From Armatimonadota bacterium (GTDB taxonomy: Bacteria; Armatimonadota; Zipacnadia; Zipacnadales; JABUFB01): a stretch of 64,000 bases of DNA. The position numbers were made by a program, and so were the translations under genes. Shown here one piece after another: positions 16,804 to 27,100 of the stretch (positions are counted from its first letter, which is position 1; each line of letters starts with the position of its first letter). Location of the stretch: the NCBI GenBank assembly GCA_013314775.1, contig JABUFB010000003.1, positions 106,622 to 170,621 of the forward strand, given 5' to 3'. Under the pieces are notes generated by a model, which saw only the letters and a program-made list of their open reading frames with translations, was not told the origin of the DNA and ran no database searches.

Positions 16804-17601
16804 ATGAGTCAGATCAAGGAAACACTGATTACCCGCCTCATCGTCGATGCCTTCGCGGAGGACTTTCGCGAATCTCTGGAACTGGATGTGGCCATCGCGG
16901 GAGCGGGGCCGTCCGGAATCCACGCCGCGAAACTCCTCGCTCGACGGGGATACAAGGTGGGCGTGTTCGAGCGCAACCTTCACGTCGGCGGCGGCATGTG
17001 GGGCGGCGGCATGCTCTTCCCGCGCATCGTTGTCCAGGAGGATGCTCGGGCCATCCTGGAGGAGGTGGGTGTGCGTCTGAATGAGCGCGAGACCGGCCTG
17101 TACACCGCCGATTCCGTAGAGACAGTGAGCAAGTGCGCGGCGGCAGCAATCGACGCGGGGGCGCGGATCTGGGTGGGCGTGTCGGTGGAGGATGTCATCA
17201 TCCGCGAGGCCGACCGGGTCTCGGGCATTGTCATCAACTGGGGTGCGGTGGAGATGGCCGGCCTGCACGTGGACCCGCTGGCGTTGGAGGCGAAGGTGGT
17301 CATCGACGCCACCGGGCATCCAGCTGAGGTTGCCCGGCGGGTGCTGGCGAAGATCCCCGGCGCGTGCCTGTGCGACGGCGCCACCTGCGTTCCCGGCGAG
17401 AAGCCGATGTGGGCCGAAGTGGGGGAAGGGTCGCTGGTGCCCAATACCCGCGAGATATACCCCGGTCTGATCGCCTGCGGGATGGCGGCCAACGCGGTGT
17501 TCGCAGGCCCCCGCATGGGTGCTATCTTCGGAGGGATGTTCCTGTCCGGGGAGAGAGCAGCGGAGATAGCGGTGGAGATGATGGGACACAGGGTATTATA
17601 A
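16804..17601 (+). CDS. thi4: thiazole synthase Thi4 family
   Basis: In frame with ORF 16753..17601; start set at ATG 16804. FAD motif AIAGAGPSGIHAA, GGGMWGGGMLF, DATGHPAEV. Confidence 0.8.
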   Translation: MSQIKETLITRLIVDAFAEDFRESLELDVAIAGAGPSGIHAAKLLARRGYKVGVFERNLHVGGGMWGGGMLFPRIVVQEDARAILEEVGVRLNERETGLYTADSVETVSKCAAAAIDAGARIWVGVSVEDVIIREADRVSGIVINWGAVEMAGLHVDPLALEAKVVIDATGHPAEVARRVLAKIPGACLCDGATCVPGEKPMWAEVGEGSLVPNTREIYPGLIACGMAANAVFAGPRMGAIFGGMFLSGERAAEIAVEMMGHRVL

Positions 17602-17674
17602 GGAGGAATCGGCCACTCGGGACGCGAAGTTGCCTCAATCATAGAGACGACTGGTCGGGGGAGGGGCATCGCCT

Positions 17675-18148
17675 TTGCGACCGTTGACGGAAGGCCCTTC
17701 GGCAAGGGACGCGGACGCACTGGTCGCCTTGCCGAAGTTCATCACGCGTGTGCCGCCGGTGAGAGAACGGGCGGGATCCCGACGCATCATCGCGACCAGC
17801 GTCTACGACTCGTCTGGGCGTCTGACGGGGCTCAAGGTGGACGCACACGTGTCTCTACCCAGACGAGGAAGGCATGGCGAGACGCCGCAGGTGGCCCTGG
17901 TATGGCGTGGCGTCTGTGTGAGGCGCATTGACTGGGAGGTCTGTCATGTGTTCGCAGACGGTCTCACAGTCCCAGGTTGGCATGAGCACCTGTGGGACGA
18001 CGTCCATGGCAGCGAGTGCGGCCGGACGTTCGAGCCCCCACTGGGCGTAGAGACAGACCTTCGAGAGATGTTCATCTGCGCCTGTCACCACTGGAACATC
18101 ACGGTGCGCACAAGGCAGGACCAGCACTTGAGAGAGGAGGACAGGTAA
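17675..18148 (+). CDS. hypothetical protein (His/Cys/Trp-containing C-terminal half)
   Basis: ORF track (TTG start); 157 aa; 1-nt gap to the next ORF. No family recognised. Confidence 0.4.
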   Translation: MRPLTEGPSARDADALVALPKFITRVPPVRERAGSRRIIATSVYDSSGRLTGLKVDAHVSLPRRGRHGETPQVALVWRGVCVRRIDWEVCHVFADGLTVPGWHEHLWDDVHGSECGRTFEPPLGVETDLREMFICACHHWNITVRTRQDQHLREEDR

Positions 18149-18149
18149 C

Positions 18150-18947
18150 GTGCTCACCAGCGCATCCGATTTGATCCAGCCGTATCTTCAGGCATTGGGG
18201 AGCGGTTTCCGCCTCGGCAAGGCACCCGATGGCACCACGGTCGTGAGTACTCCCTTCAGGTTCGCGACTGGCGATCCGCTTGAGATCGCGGTATGGGAAG
18301 AAGCTGACGGTCTTGTCCTGAGCGACCGCGGAGGGCTCATCCGCTCGCTTCTGGTAGCCGGAATTGATGCGTTCAAGCCCGGTAGAGCCCGGTCCCGCGT
18401 AGCGAGCACGCTGGCACCGCGCCGGGCCGAACTTGATGGGGCCACCGTTATCAGCCCGGTCGGGGAGGCGGGTGCTGGCAGGGCGGTACAGAACCTGGTT
18501 CAGTCACTCCTGGACGCGCAGGTTGCGGCCGAGTCAGTGATGAGGCCACATGGTCCGGCGATGGAGACCGAGACGTACTCGGTCATCCGCGAGGTATTGG
18601 ATGACGCGGACGCACGCTACCGGGAAGGCATGCGTATTGCCGGAGCCACCACTCGGCGTTACCAGGTGGACTTCCAGTTGGCCTTTGCCACGAGCGGGAT
18701 CATTCGCGCTGTTCTTGTCGTCGCCAGACATCAGCCTCTGGCATTCGCCGAGAGGTGGAACTTCCGGTTCCGCGACATCCGTGCTGCCCGCCCGCGCCTC
18801 CACCGCATAGTGGCGGTTGACGCAGCGACCAAATGGACTTCCGCTGCCCAGAAGACACTGGAATCGGAATGCGAAATGCTGGTCTCGCCCGGCGAGCCCG
18901 AGCAGCTATCGGAATACCTTCGAAATGCCGCTCCAATTGCGGCGTAG
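18150..18947 (+). CDS. hypothetical protein, possibly DUF1828/DUF1829-like
   Basis: ORF track; RBS GAGGAGGACAGG. 265 aa; the DUF assignment is from memory and uncertain. Confidence 0.5.
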   Translation: MLTSASDLIQPYLQALGSGFRLGKAPDGTTVVSTPFRFATGDPLEIAVWEEADGLVLSDRGGLIRSLLVAGIDAFKPGRARSRVASTLAPRRAELDGATVISPVGEAGAGRAVQNLVQSLLDAQVAAESVMRPHGPAMETETYSVIREVLDDADARYREGMRIAGATTRRYQVDFQLAFATSGIIRAVLVVARHQPLAFAERWNFRFRDIRAARPRLHRIVAVDAATKWTSAAQKTLESECEMLVSPGEPEQLSEYLRNAAPIAA

Positions 18948-18988
18948 GCATCAGAAACTGCCCAGTTCCCAACAGGAGAGGTACACAC

Positions 18989-20020
18989 ATGCCCACCGTC
19001 GTCACCTTCGGCGAAATCATGATGCGGCTCAAGCCCATGGAGTTCCTGCGCTTCACCCAGGCCGACACCTTTGAAGTCACCTACGGCGGCGGTGAAGCCA
19101 ATGTCGCCGTTTCGCTGGCCTGCTTCGGCATCGACGCCCGGTATGTCACGGCTCTGCCCGACAATGACATCGGCCAGGCATGTCTCAACTACGTCAGGCG
19201 TTTCGGCGTGGACACCAGCCACATCGTGCGCCAGGGCAAGCGCCTGGGCATCTACTTCCTGGAAGCCGGCGCGGTGCAGCGCCCGTCCAAGGTCATCTAC
19301 GATCGCGCGGGCGCATCCATCGCCGAGGTCAAGCGAGGCGACATCGACTGGTCTGCGGCTTTCGCAGGCGCTGACTGGTTCCACTGGACCGGCATCACCC
19401 CGGCCATCAGCGAGGGCGCGGCGGATGTGTGCCTCGAGGGCATCGAGGCCGCAAAGGCTGCCGGGCTCACCGTCTCGTGTGACCTGAACTTCCGGAAGAA
19501 CCTGTGGAAGTGGGGTAAGAGCGCCACCGAAGTCATGCCCGAACTGGTGAAGCACTGCGACCTTGCCATCGGCAATGAGGAGGATGCCGAGAAGGTGTTC
19601 GGCATCACCGCCGAAGGCATCGATGTGGACGCTGGGCAGGTGGATGCAGCGCTGTATGAGAGTGTCGCCGCACAGCTTATGGAGCGCTTCCCGAACCTGA
19701 GAAAGGTGTCGATCACCCTGCGCGAGAGCATCTCCGCCTCGAACAACGGCTGGAGCGCCGTGCTGTATGACGGCACCACGCTCTGCGTCGGTCCGCACTA
19801 TGAGATCGTGCCAATTGTGGACCGCGTGGGCGGGGGCGACAGCTTCGCGGCAGGCCTGATCTACTCCTTGCTGTCCGGCAAGAGCGATCAGGAGGCCCTC
19901 AATTTCGCCGTAACCGCCAGCGCCCTCAAGCACACCATCACCGGGGACTTCAACCTGGTGACGGTGGCCGAAGTGGAGGGCGTGCTCAAATCCGGTGGCG
20001 GCGGCCGGGTGCAGAGGTAG
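18989..20020 (+). CDS. PfkB-family sugar kinase, 2-dehydro-3-deoxygluconokinase-like
   Basis: In frame with ORF 18833..20020; start set at ATG 18989 (RBS AGGAGAG). MPTVVTFGEIMMRL; PfkB C-terminal signature DRVGGGDSFAAG. Confidence 0.8.
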   Translation: MPTVVTFGEIMMRLKPMEFLRFTQADTFEVTYGGGEANVAVSLACFGIDARYVTALPDNDIGQACLNYVRRFGVDTSHIVRQGKRLGIYFLEAGAVQRPSKVIYDRAGASIAEVKRGDIDWSAAFAGADWFHWTGITPAISEGAADVCLEGIEAAKAAGLTVSCDLNFRKNLWKWGKSATEVMPELVKHCDLAIGNEEDAEKVFGITAEGIDVDAGQVDAALYESVAAQLMERFPNLRKVSITLRESISASNNGWSAVLYDGTTLCVGPHYEIVPIVDRVGGGDSFAAGLIYSLLSGKSDQEALNFAVTASALKHTITGDFNLVTVAEVEGVLKSGGGGRVQR

Positions 20021-20049
20021 GATCGACCTACGCCAATACGAAAGGTTGG

Positions 20050-21003
20050 ATGAACGCCATGCAGTACCGCGAACTGGGCACCACCGGCGTGCAGGTTTCC
20101 GAGATCATCCTGGGGGCCTGGCAGTTCGGCGTCGCGAACTGGACCGACGTCGAAGACGATATGTCGATCAAGACCATACACGCGGCACTGGATGCGGGGA
20201 TCAACTGCATCGACACCGCGGTGGGGTACGGGTCCGGGCATTCCGAGGAGATCGTGGGCAAGGCCGTCCAGGGCCGGCGGGATGAGGTCATTCTGGCCAG
20301 CAAGATCGGCGCCAATCCCGACGGCATCCGCAAGGGCATCGACGCCTGTCTCGAGCGCATGGGCATCGACTTCATCGACCTGTACCAGGTGCATTACCCC
20401 AGCCCACAGATTCCCATTGCCGACACTATCGGTGCGATGGATGAGATCCGGCAGGCGGGCAAGGTGCGTCTCGTCGGCGTCTCCAACTTCTCTCTCGAAC
20501 AGATGCAGCAGGCCGTGGCCACCGCGAGGATCGATACCTGCCAGCCGCCTTTCAACGTGCTCTGGAGGCAGATCGATGCAGACGTGCTGCCTTTCTGCGT
20601 CGAAAACGGGATCGCCGTGATCCCGTACAGCCCGTTGGCACAGGGCCTGCTCACTGGCAAGTTCCGCAGCCGCGAGGACATTCCCGGCGACATCCGCGCC
20701 GCGAACAAGCTCTTCGCCGAGGGCATCTTCGAACAGTGCCTGGAAGTCGTGGATCTCATGCAGGGCATCGCCGATGCCCACGGCAAGACGCTGATTGAGA
20801 CCACCATCGCCTGGACACTGCAGTACCCGGGCATCACCGCGCCGATCTGCGGCGCGCGTAATCCCCGGCAGGTGGAGGGCATGCTGGGCGGCGTGGGTTG
20901 GCGGCTCTCGGAGGAGGAGTTCGAAGCGATCAGCCGGGCCGGCGCGAAAGTCAGCGAGCAGCTGGACTTCAGCAGCAACATGTGGGGCTACGCGCCCAAG
21001 TAG
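20050..21003 (+). CDS. aldo/keto reductase
   Basis: ORF track. MQYRELGTTGVQVSEIILGAWQFG, IDTAVGYGSGHSEEIVGKA, LYQVHYP. Confidence 0.85.
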   Translation: MNAMQYRELGTTGVQVSEIILGAWQFGVANWTDVEDDMSIKTIHAALDAGINCIDTAVGYGSGHSEEIVGKAVQGRRDEVILASKIGANPDGIRKGIDACLERMGIDFIDLYQVHYPSPQIPIADTIGAMDEIRQAGKVRLVGVSNFSLEQMQQAVATARIDTCQPPFNVLWRQIDADVLPFCVENGIAVIPYSPLAQGLLTGKFRSREDIPGDIRAANKLFAEGIFEQCLEVVDLMQGIADAHGKTLIETTIAWTLQYPGITAPICGARNPRQVEGMLGGVGWRLSEEEFEAISRAGAKVSEQLDFSSNMWGYAPK

Positions 21004-21171
21004 ACAACGCAAGAGCGGCCGGGCGGGACCCGTGTCAGGGTGCCGCCCGGTCTGTTCGCATTGCAGTCCCGGCCCGCGGCCGTTCCGCACGCCTCGCCTG
21101 TGTGCCTTGAGCCCTGGTGCGCGGTGTGGTACATTCCCCCCACCATAGCCTATCGACAGGAGCCGCTTGAC

Positions 21172-22134
21172 TTGCCGAAGATACGCCTGTTTCGTCCCCA
21201 GATTCGCCGGGCCATCAGGGGGGCCATTGGCCCGGCCGCCATCGGTTTTCTCGAGAACCTTGTGGCCCGGAAGTCCTGGCACGAGACCCAGGAACTCGGG
21301 CGCCGCATCGGCCGTCTCGGGTATCGCCACCACCGCCGCTACCGGTCGAAGTGTGAGGAGAATCTGCGCATCGCATATGGTGACGAACTCACCGGCGACC
21401 AGATCGACGACATCGTGTGCAGGTACTTCGAGCACGCGGTGATGATGTTTCTGGAGCTTCTGCGCTTGCCGTCGATGGACCACCAGGAACTCGCAGGGCT
21501 GTCCACGCTTCACGGGCTGGAGCACTACGAGAACGCCATTGCGCAGGGCAATGGTGTGGTGATACTCGCGGGCCACCTGGGAAATTGGGAAGTGGGCGCC
21601 CTGCACATGCTGCAGGAGGGCCTGCCTATTATCCCGCTATCTCGCACGCCCAAGAGTCCGCGGCTCGCCCGGTCCATTCTCCGGCTGCGGGAGAAGATGG
21701 GCTTCCCGATCATCCCCATCAGCGAGGGCGTGCGGGGGATCATGCGGGCACTGAAGAAGAATCAGTGTGTGCCGATCCTGCCTGACCAGTTCGCTTGGGG
21801 GAACGGGCTGACAGTGCCGTACTTCGGGCAGCCCACCCATGTCTGGCATACCCCGGCTCTCATGGCGCAGCGCACAGGTTGCCAGATCCTGCCGGTGCTC
21901 CCGATCCGCCAGGAGGACGGCACCATCTCCACGACGCTCTTGCCGCCGGTGGAGCAGATCGATACCGGCGACCGGGACTTCGACCTGTGGGTGAACACCG
22001 CGCGATGCATGGCGGCCATTGAGGCCTGCGTGCGCCAGTACCCCAGCCAGTATTTCTGGCATTACCACTTCTGGCGGCCGGGACACGAGTTCCCGCCGCC
22101 GTATCCCTTCGAGCGGCTTGAGGGTCTCTTGTGA
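21172..22134 (+). CDS. LpxL/HtrB-family lipid A (lysophospholipid) acyltransferase
   Basis: In frame with ORF 21040..22134; start set at TTG 21172 after RBS ACAGGAG. Catalytic HLGNWE motif. Confidence 0.75.
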   Translation: MPKIRLFRPQIRRAIRGAIGPAAIGFLENLVARKSWHETQELGRRIGRLGYRHHRRYRSKCEENLRIAYGDELTGDQIDDIVCRYFEHAVMMFLELLRLPSMDHQELAGLSTLHGLEHYENAIAQGNGVVILAGHLGNWEVGALHMLQEGLPIIPLSRTPKSPRLARSILRLREKMGFPIIPISEGVRGIMRALKKNQCVPILPDQFAWGNGLTVPYFGQPTHVWHTPALMAQRTGCQILPVLPIRQEDGTISTTLLPPVEQIDTGDRDFDLWVNTARCMAAIEACVRQYPSQYFWHYHFWRPGHEFPPPYPFERLEGLL

Positions 22135-22187
22135 ACGTGACTGCGGGCGCCCGGCCAACAGTGCCGTCTCCACGAGGAGTTGGGTAA

Positions 22188-23198
22188 GTGGCAACTGAGG
22201 GATACCTGGCGATTGTCCAGGTTGTGTTCGCGCTTGTCGGAGGCATCGCTCTCCTGGTGTGGAGCGCGACGCGTCTCATTGAGGGCGCGGCCGCCGCTGC
22301 CTGGCACCTGCGGGTGCCGGCTCTCCTGGTCGGTATGGTCATTATCGGCTTCGGAACATCCCTGCCCGAATTCGCTGTCTCGCTGCTGTCGGGCCTTCAA
22401 GGCGCGCCATCCCTTGCGCTCGGCAATGCCTACGGCTCGAATATCGCCAACATCGGCCTCGTTCTGGGTATGTCCGCGTTGGTGCGGCCAGTCCTGGTGC
22501 ATTCCCGGGTTCTGCGCGTGGAACTGCCGATCCTGTGCATGGTCACCGCCGTGAGCGTGGCCCTCATGTGGGACGGGAAGTTGTCCGTGCTGGACGGCGC
22601 GTCTCTGCTGGTGGTCTTCGGAATACTGGCGGCCTGGAGCGTGATCCAGGGGCGCCAGGATGGAGATGATGCGCTGGGCGCGGAGATGCAGCAGGAACTC
22701 AATGCCCACCCCATGACGCTGCAGCGGGCACTGATCTGGGTGGCAGTGGGTCTTGTGCTCCTATTGGTCAGTTCCCGGGCGCTGGTGTGGGGCGCGGTTG
22801 AGGCCGCAACGCTCCTTGGGGTGAGCGACCTGCTCATCGGGCTGACCGTGGTGGCGGTGGGGACCTCGCTGCCCGAACTGGCCGCCGCGCTGGCCGCCGT
22901 GCGCAAGGACGAGCCCGATCTGGCTCTGGGCAATGTGCTGGGCTCCAACCTGTTCAACACGCTGGGCGTGGTCGGTGCCGCCGTGGTCGCGGGACGCGGA
23001 ATGGATGTCCCTCCCGACCTGCTGCCCCGGGACATGGTGGCGGTGGGCATCCTCACGGTATCCCTGTACGTCCTGGGTTACCGGTTCCGCAAACCTCGCG
23101 GGCGCATCAACCGGCACGAGGGCGCCGCGTTGCTGCTTGTCTACATGGCATACACTGCCGTGCTCATCGTCACGGCCCGAGGCGGCCCGGCGAACTGA
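22188..23198 (+). CDS. Ca2+/cation antiporter (CaCA family)
   Basis: ORF track. Two alpha-repeat motifs GNAYGSNIANIGLVLG and GNVLGSNLFNTLGVVG in a polytopic membrane protein. Confidence 0.8.
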   Translation: MATEGYLAIVQVVFALVGGIALLVWSATRLIEGAAAAAWHLRVPALLVGMVIIGFGTSLPEFAVSLLSGLQGAPSLALGNAYGSNIANIGLVLGMSALVRPVLVHSRVLRVELPILCMVTAVSVALMWDGKLSVLDGASLLVVFGILAAWSVIQGRQDGDDALGAEMQQELNAHPMTLQRALIWVAVGLVLLLVSSRALVWGAVEAATLLGVSDLLIGLTVVAVGTSLPELAAALAAVRKDEPDLALGNVLGSNLFNTLGVVGAAVVAGRGMDVPPDLLPRDMVAVGILTVSLYVLGYRFRKPRGRINRHEGAALLLVYMAYTAVLIVTARGGPAN

Positions 23199-23216
23199 CC
23201 GCCCCGGCCCTCACCC

Positions 23217-23966
23217 TTACTCCAGCTTGTACGTCGCCGTGATCATCACCGACATCGACGCCTCGCCCACGGTCGGCTTGGAGCTGAACATCTGCATGAT
23301 CGTGGCCATGGTGCCCAGGGACTGATCGATGACTGATACGCTCACCAACGGCCCCAGTTTCTTGCCGGCGTTGGCGGCTGCGGATGCCGCGGCTGCCTGC
23401 GCGTTCTTCAGGGCGTCCGCCATCGCCTGGTCGCGCAGTGCGGTCGAGTCGTTCACTCCGAATTCGAACAGGTTGTCGGCCACCATCGCCTGGACCATGG
23501 CATTGCTTCCCTGAGGGTTGACCTTGGCCACGCCGGCCACCAGGTCCACGATACGCCCTGCGTCCTCATACATTGTTCCCGGGTCGAGTCTGGTCATTCT
23601 GACCGTGATGGTGCTGTTGGCGAACCACTGGCGCTCCGCGTCCTGCCGCGCCATGGCATAAACCCCGCCACCGGACAGGGAGGGTGGCGAGGACGTGATG
23701 CTCTCCTCGGCGATACCTGAGGCAACAAGCTTGTCGTAGGCCCGCTGGTCATCGTCGCGGTTCATGGTCAACGCCGTCTCCGCCGAAGGCGCTGAAGACT
23801 GGATGAAAATGTGGACGTCCAACCAGTCGGCAGGCTGTTTTGCCGAGCCCCCTGCCATTACGGAGATGCAGTTGTCCGCCACCGGTGGGGTCAAGAACTG
23901 GGCCTGAGCGCCTGCGCAAAGCGCGAGCATCAGCCCGAGGCACATCACGACGGCGTACGCTTTCAT
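23217..23966 (-). CDS. secreted SIMPL-domain (DUF541-like) protein
   Basis: ORF track; signal peptide MKAYAVVMCLGLMLALCAGAQA; overall resemblance to SIMPL proteins, from memory. Confidence 0.5.
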   Translation of the reverse strand: MKAYAVVMCLGLMLALCAGAQAQFLTPPVADNCISVMAGGSAKQPADWLDVHIFIQSSAPSAETALTMNRDDDQRAYDKLVASGIAEESITSSPPSLSGGGVYAMARQDAERQWFANSTITVRMTRLDPGTMYEDAGRIVDLVAGVAKVNPQGSNAMVQAMVADNLFEFGVNDSTALRDQAMADALKNAQAAAASAAANAGKKLGPLVSVSVIDQSLGTMATIMQMFSSKPTVGEASMSVMITATYKLE

Positions 23967-24117
23967 TGTTCAACATCTCCTTTGGGGTCTCTTCCCGCCG
24001 AGGCGGGCCTTGCGGCTCGGCTCACCATACCTTCGCTATGCGGCGTCCAGTCCCCTGCAAAGGGTTGCGGGGCATCGGCAGGGAATGAGCTATGAACTCG
24101 TGGTGGAGGTACCACTC

Positions 24118-27100
24118 ATGACATTGCGCTCCATTCTTCTCCTCACTTTATGTGCGGCATGTCTGGCCGACGGCGACCTGCGCACCTACGGGCTGCCCAA
24201 TGTCGCCGCTGGCGCGCAAATCACCGCCAGCGGCTCGGCCGGCGCTCCAGGCCGGAAGTACTCCGCTGAAACCGCCGTAGACGGCGACCTCAACACCTGG
24301 TGGGCATCCAGCACCTTTCCGAAGTACCCGGTGGAACTGACGCTGGACTTCCCGAAGTCTATCCGGCTGGATACCCTCGCTGTGGTCCAGGCGGACAACC
24401 CTCAGCTGTACAGCCCCTGGAAGCGGTTGCGCATCGAGTTCTCGGATGGCTCCAGTGTGGAAGAGCAATGGCCGGATGATACACTCCCCCGGGTGGTGCG
24501 CTTTGATGCCAGGGACGCGGACTGGGTGAAGGTGCTGGTGTTGGAGGCGCATCACCCGGAGCGGCATTACGTGACGGCGCGCGAGATCATGGCTTTTCTC
24601 GACCCCGAGCGCAAGGTGAAGCCGAACATGCCCCCGACTCACGACTGGAAACAGAAGGACCTCACGCCGCAGGGAATGCCGGTGCACCCGTGTGTGTACC
24701 TGACGCCGGAAGACGTCACCCGAGCGCGTGAGACGCTGAAGAACTCGCCCTGGGCGCAGGAGTGGTTCCAGGCGGTCAAGAGCCAGGCCGACCAGTGGCT
24801 GGACAAGAGCGAAGAGTGGCTGGTTTCGGTGATTCCAGAGGAAGGCGCGTGTTTCGCATACGGATTCAGCGGCTGTCCCATCTGCAGCGCAAGCTGGGGC
24901 ACCTGGGGAGGGGCACGGTGCAGTTGGGACAAGCCCGGCAAGGTGACCTGCGCCAACGGCCACGTGCTGCCGGATGAGGATCACCCGGACCCGGGAACCG
25001 GTTACGTTGGCCCCGACGGCCGTATCCACTACTTCGTGGGTTCGTACAATGCCTGGGTAGTTGAGACACTCGAGGCCAAGGCAGTCGCCAATCTGGCTCT
25101 CGCCTACACCCTCACCGGGGAGGACAAGTACGCCGACCGCGCGGGCTTTATCCTGGATCTGCTGGCCGACATATATCCATCCTGCGACGCAGGTTCGTGG
25201 GACTACCCCAGCTCCCCTCCCAGCGGCCGGTTCTGCAGGCCCTGGTACCAGGTGGCACGGGTGCTGGTGCGCTACGTGGACGAGTACGACCAGATCTTCC
25301 CCAGCGCCTCGCTGAACAAGCCCTCAATCCGCGAGGGCCTGACCCGGCGCGAGAACATCGAACTGAACCTCCTGCGCAATGGCGCGGAATACTGCTACGA
25401 ACAGTCCCTCAAGGGCCGCCTGCATAACGGCGAAGCGGACTATGTCCGTGGCGCACTGGCGGTGGGCTGCTGCCTGGGAATCCCGTGGTACATCGACTGG
25501 GCCTACGACGGCCCCTATGGAATACTCAGCTTCGTGCGCAACAACGTGGACCGCGACGGCCGGTACTTCGAAACTTCCGCCATGTACGCCGATCACACGC
25601 GGAACCTGTACCTCACCTTTGCTGAACCCCTGTTCAACTACCGCAGCGAGAAGTATCCCTCGGGCATCAATCTGTACGATGATCGCCAGTTTCAGAGCTT
25701 CTACGTCCTGCCGCAACTGAGTTTCAACTGCATCGGCAAGACCCCGCGTTTCGGCGATTCCGGCCCGGACACGGCGCAGTCATACCTGCCGAAGCGCCCC
25801 ACCAACCAGTTCGACTACAGGCTCGCGGAGCGGCTGTACGCCCGGGTCTCGGACCCGGCTGACCGGGCAAAGTTCGGAAGGCTGCTCAACTGGCTGTCGG
25901 CCGGCGACCCGGATGCGATGCGTGACTCCGACGGCGAGATGCCCTGGCTGCTGTTCCACGGCAGAGCGCTGGCGCCCGATCCCGACGCCCAAATCGACCC
26001 TCAACTCGATCGGAAGATCAGTCGGTGCGAATTGTTCGGGCAGAAAGGCTTCGCATTCCTGCGCGACGGCGATGGCCCGTCCGCTCAGGCACTGCTCCTG
26101 CGCTACGGTCCGAGCCTCAACCACGGGCACCTGGACGACCTGAACATCAACTACTACGCACGGGGGTTCGAGGTCACCTATGATCTCGGCTACGGTCTGG
26201 GCAGCACTCACACCCAGGTGGGGTGGGGCAAGCAGACCGCGAGCCACAATCTGGTGCTTGTGGACGAAAAGCCCCAGCGTTCCGAGGGTAGCGGCACCGG
26301 CGGCAGCCTGCACCAGTTCGCGGACGTGCCGGGCCTGAAGCTCGTGGAAGCTTCCAGCGAAAACAGCTACGTGAACCAGGGCGTGAGCGTGTACCGTCGC
26401 CTGCTTGCCATGGCGGGCGAGGGAGACCGCAGGTACCTGGTTGATCTGTTTCGGGTCAAAGGCGGCAGGCAGCACGATTACCTTCTGCACTCATTCGGAG
26501 AGCAGGCAACCTTCGAGGGCGTTGAGCTGCCAGAGCCGGCCGACGGCTCTCTGGCCGGACCGGACATTCGCTGGGGAGACTTGCAGCTCAATGACGGTGA
26601 TATGAAGGGCTTCCCCGGTAAGCCATACTGGAATCCGCCGCCGGGCAACGGGCTGGGCTTCCTGATGGCCCCGCAGGCGGCGGAATGTGAGGAGAACTGG
26701 TCGGCGACATGGTCCCTGCCGGGCGAACAGGACTTCCTGAAAGCTACGATCCTGGGCCAGCCCGGAACGGAAGTCATCACCGCGCGGGCTCCTGGAATCT
26801 ATCCGAACCTTCCGAAGACCCGCTACGCAATCGCCCGCCGCAAGTCGGACAGCGACCTGTCCAGCGACTTCGTTGCGGTACTGGAACCTTACGGCGTGCG
26901 TCACCCGGGGGAGACCATTGATGCGGCCGAACTCGCCCAGTCCGCGCAGGTCTCGGCGGGGACCAGCAAGATGATCACCGCCATCGGCGTGCTCTTGTTC
27001 CAGGCGGAGAAGAGTGGGGACGAGATGACGGTGCCGTTTTCGGTTGAGCGATCAGGCCAGTATGTGATCACCCTCGGGCACTACAAGTCGCCTTCGTATG

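Noticed and set aside
16498-17589. 363-aa minus-strand ORF antisense to thi4
   Set aside because: Shadow ORF; thi4 has the riboswitch, RBS and conserved FAD motifs.
18731-21606. Minus-strand ORFs 18731..19933 and 19888..21606
   Set aside because: Antisense to the sugar kinase, aldo/keto reductase and LpxL genes; Arg/Gly/Ala-rich with no recognisable domains.
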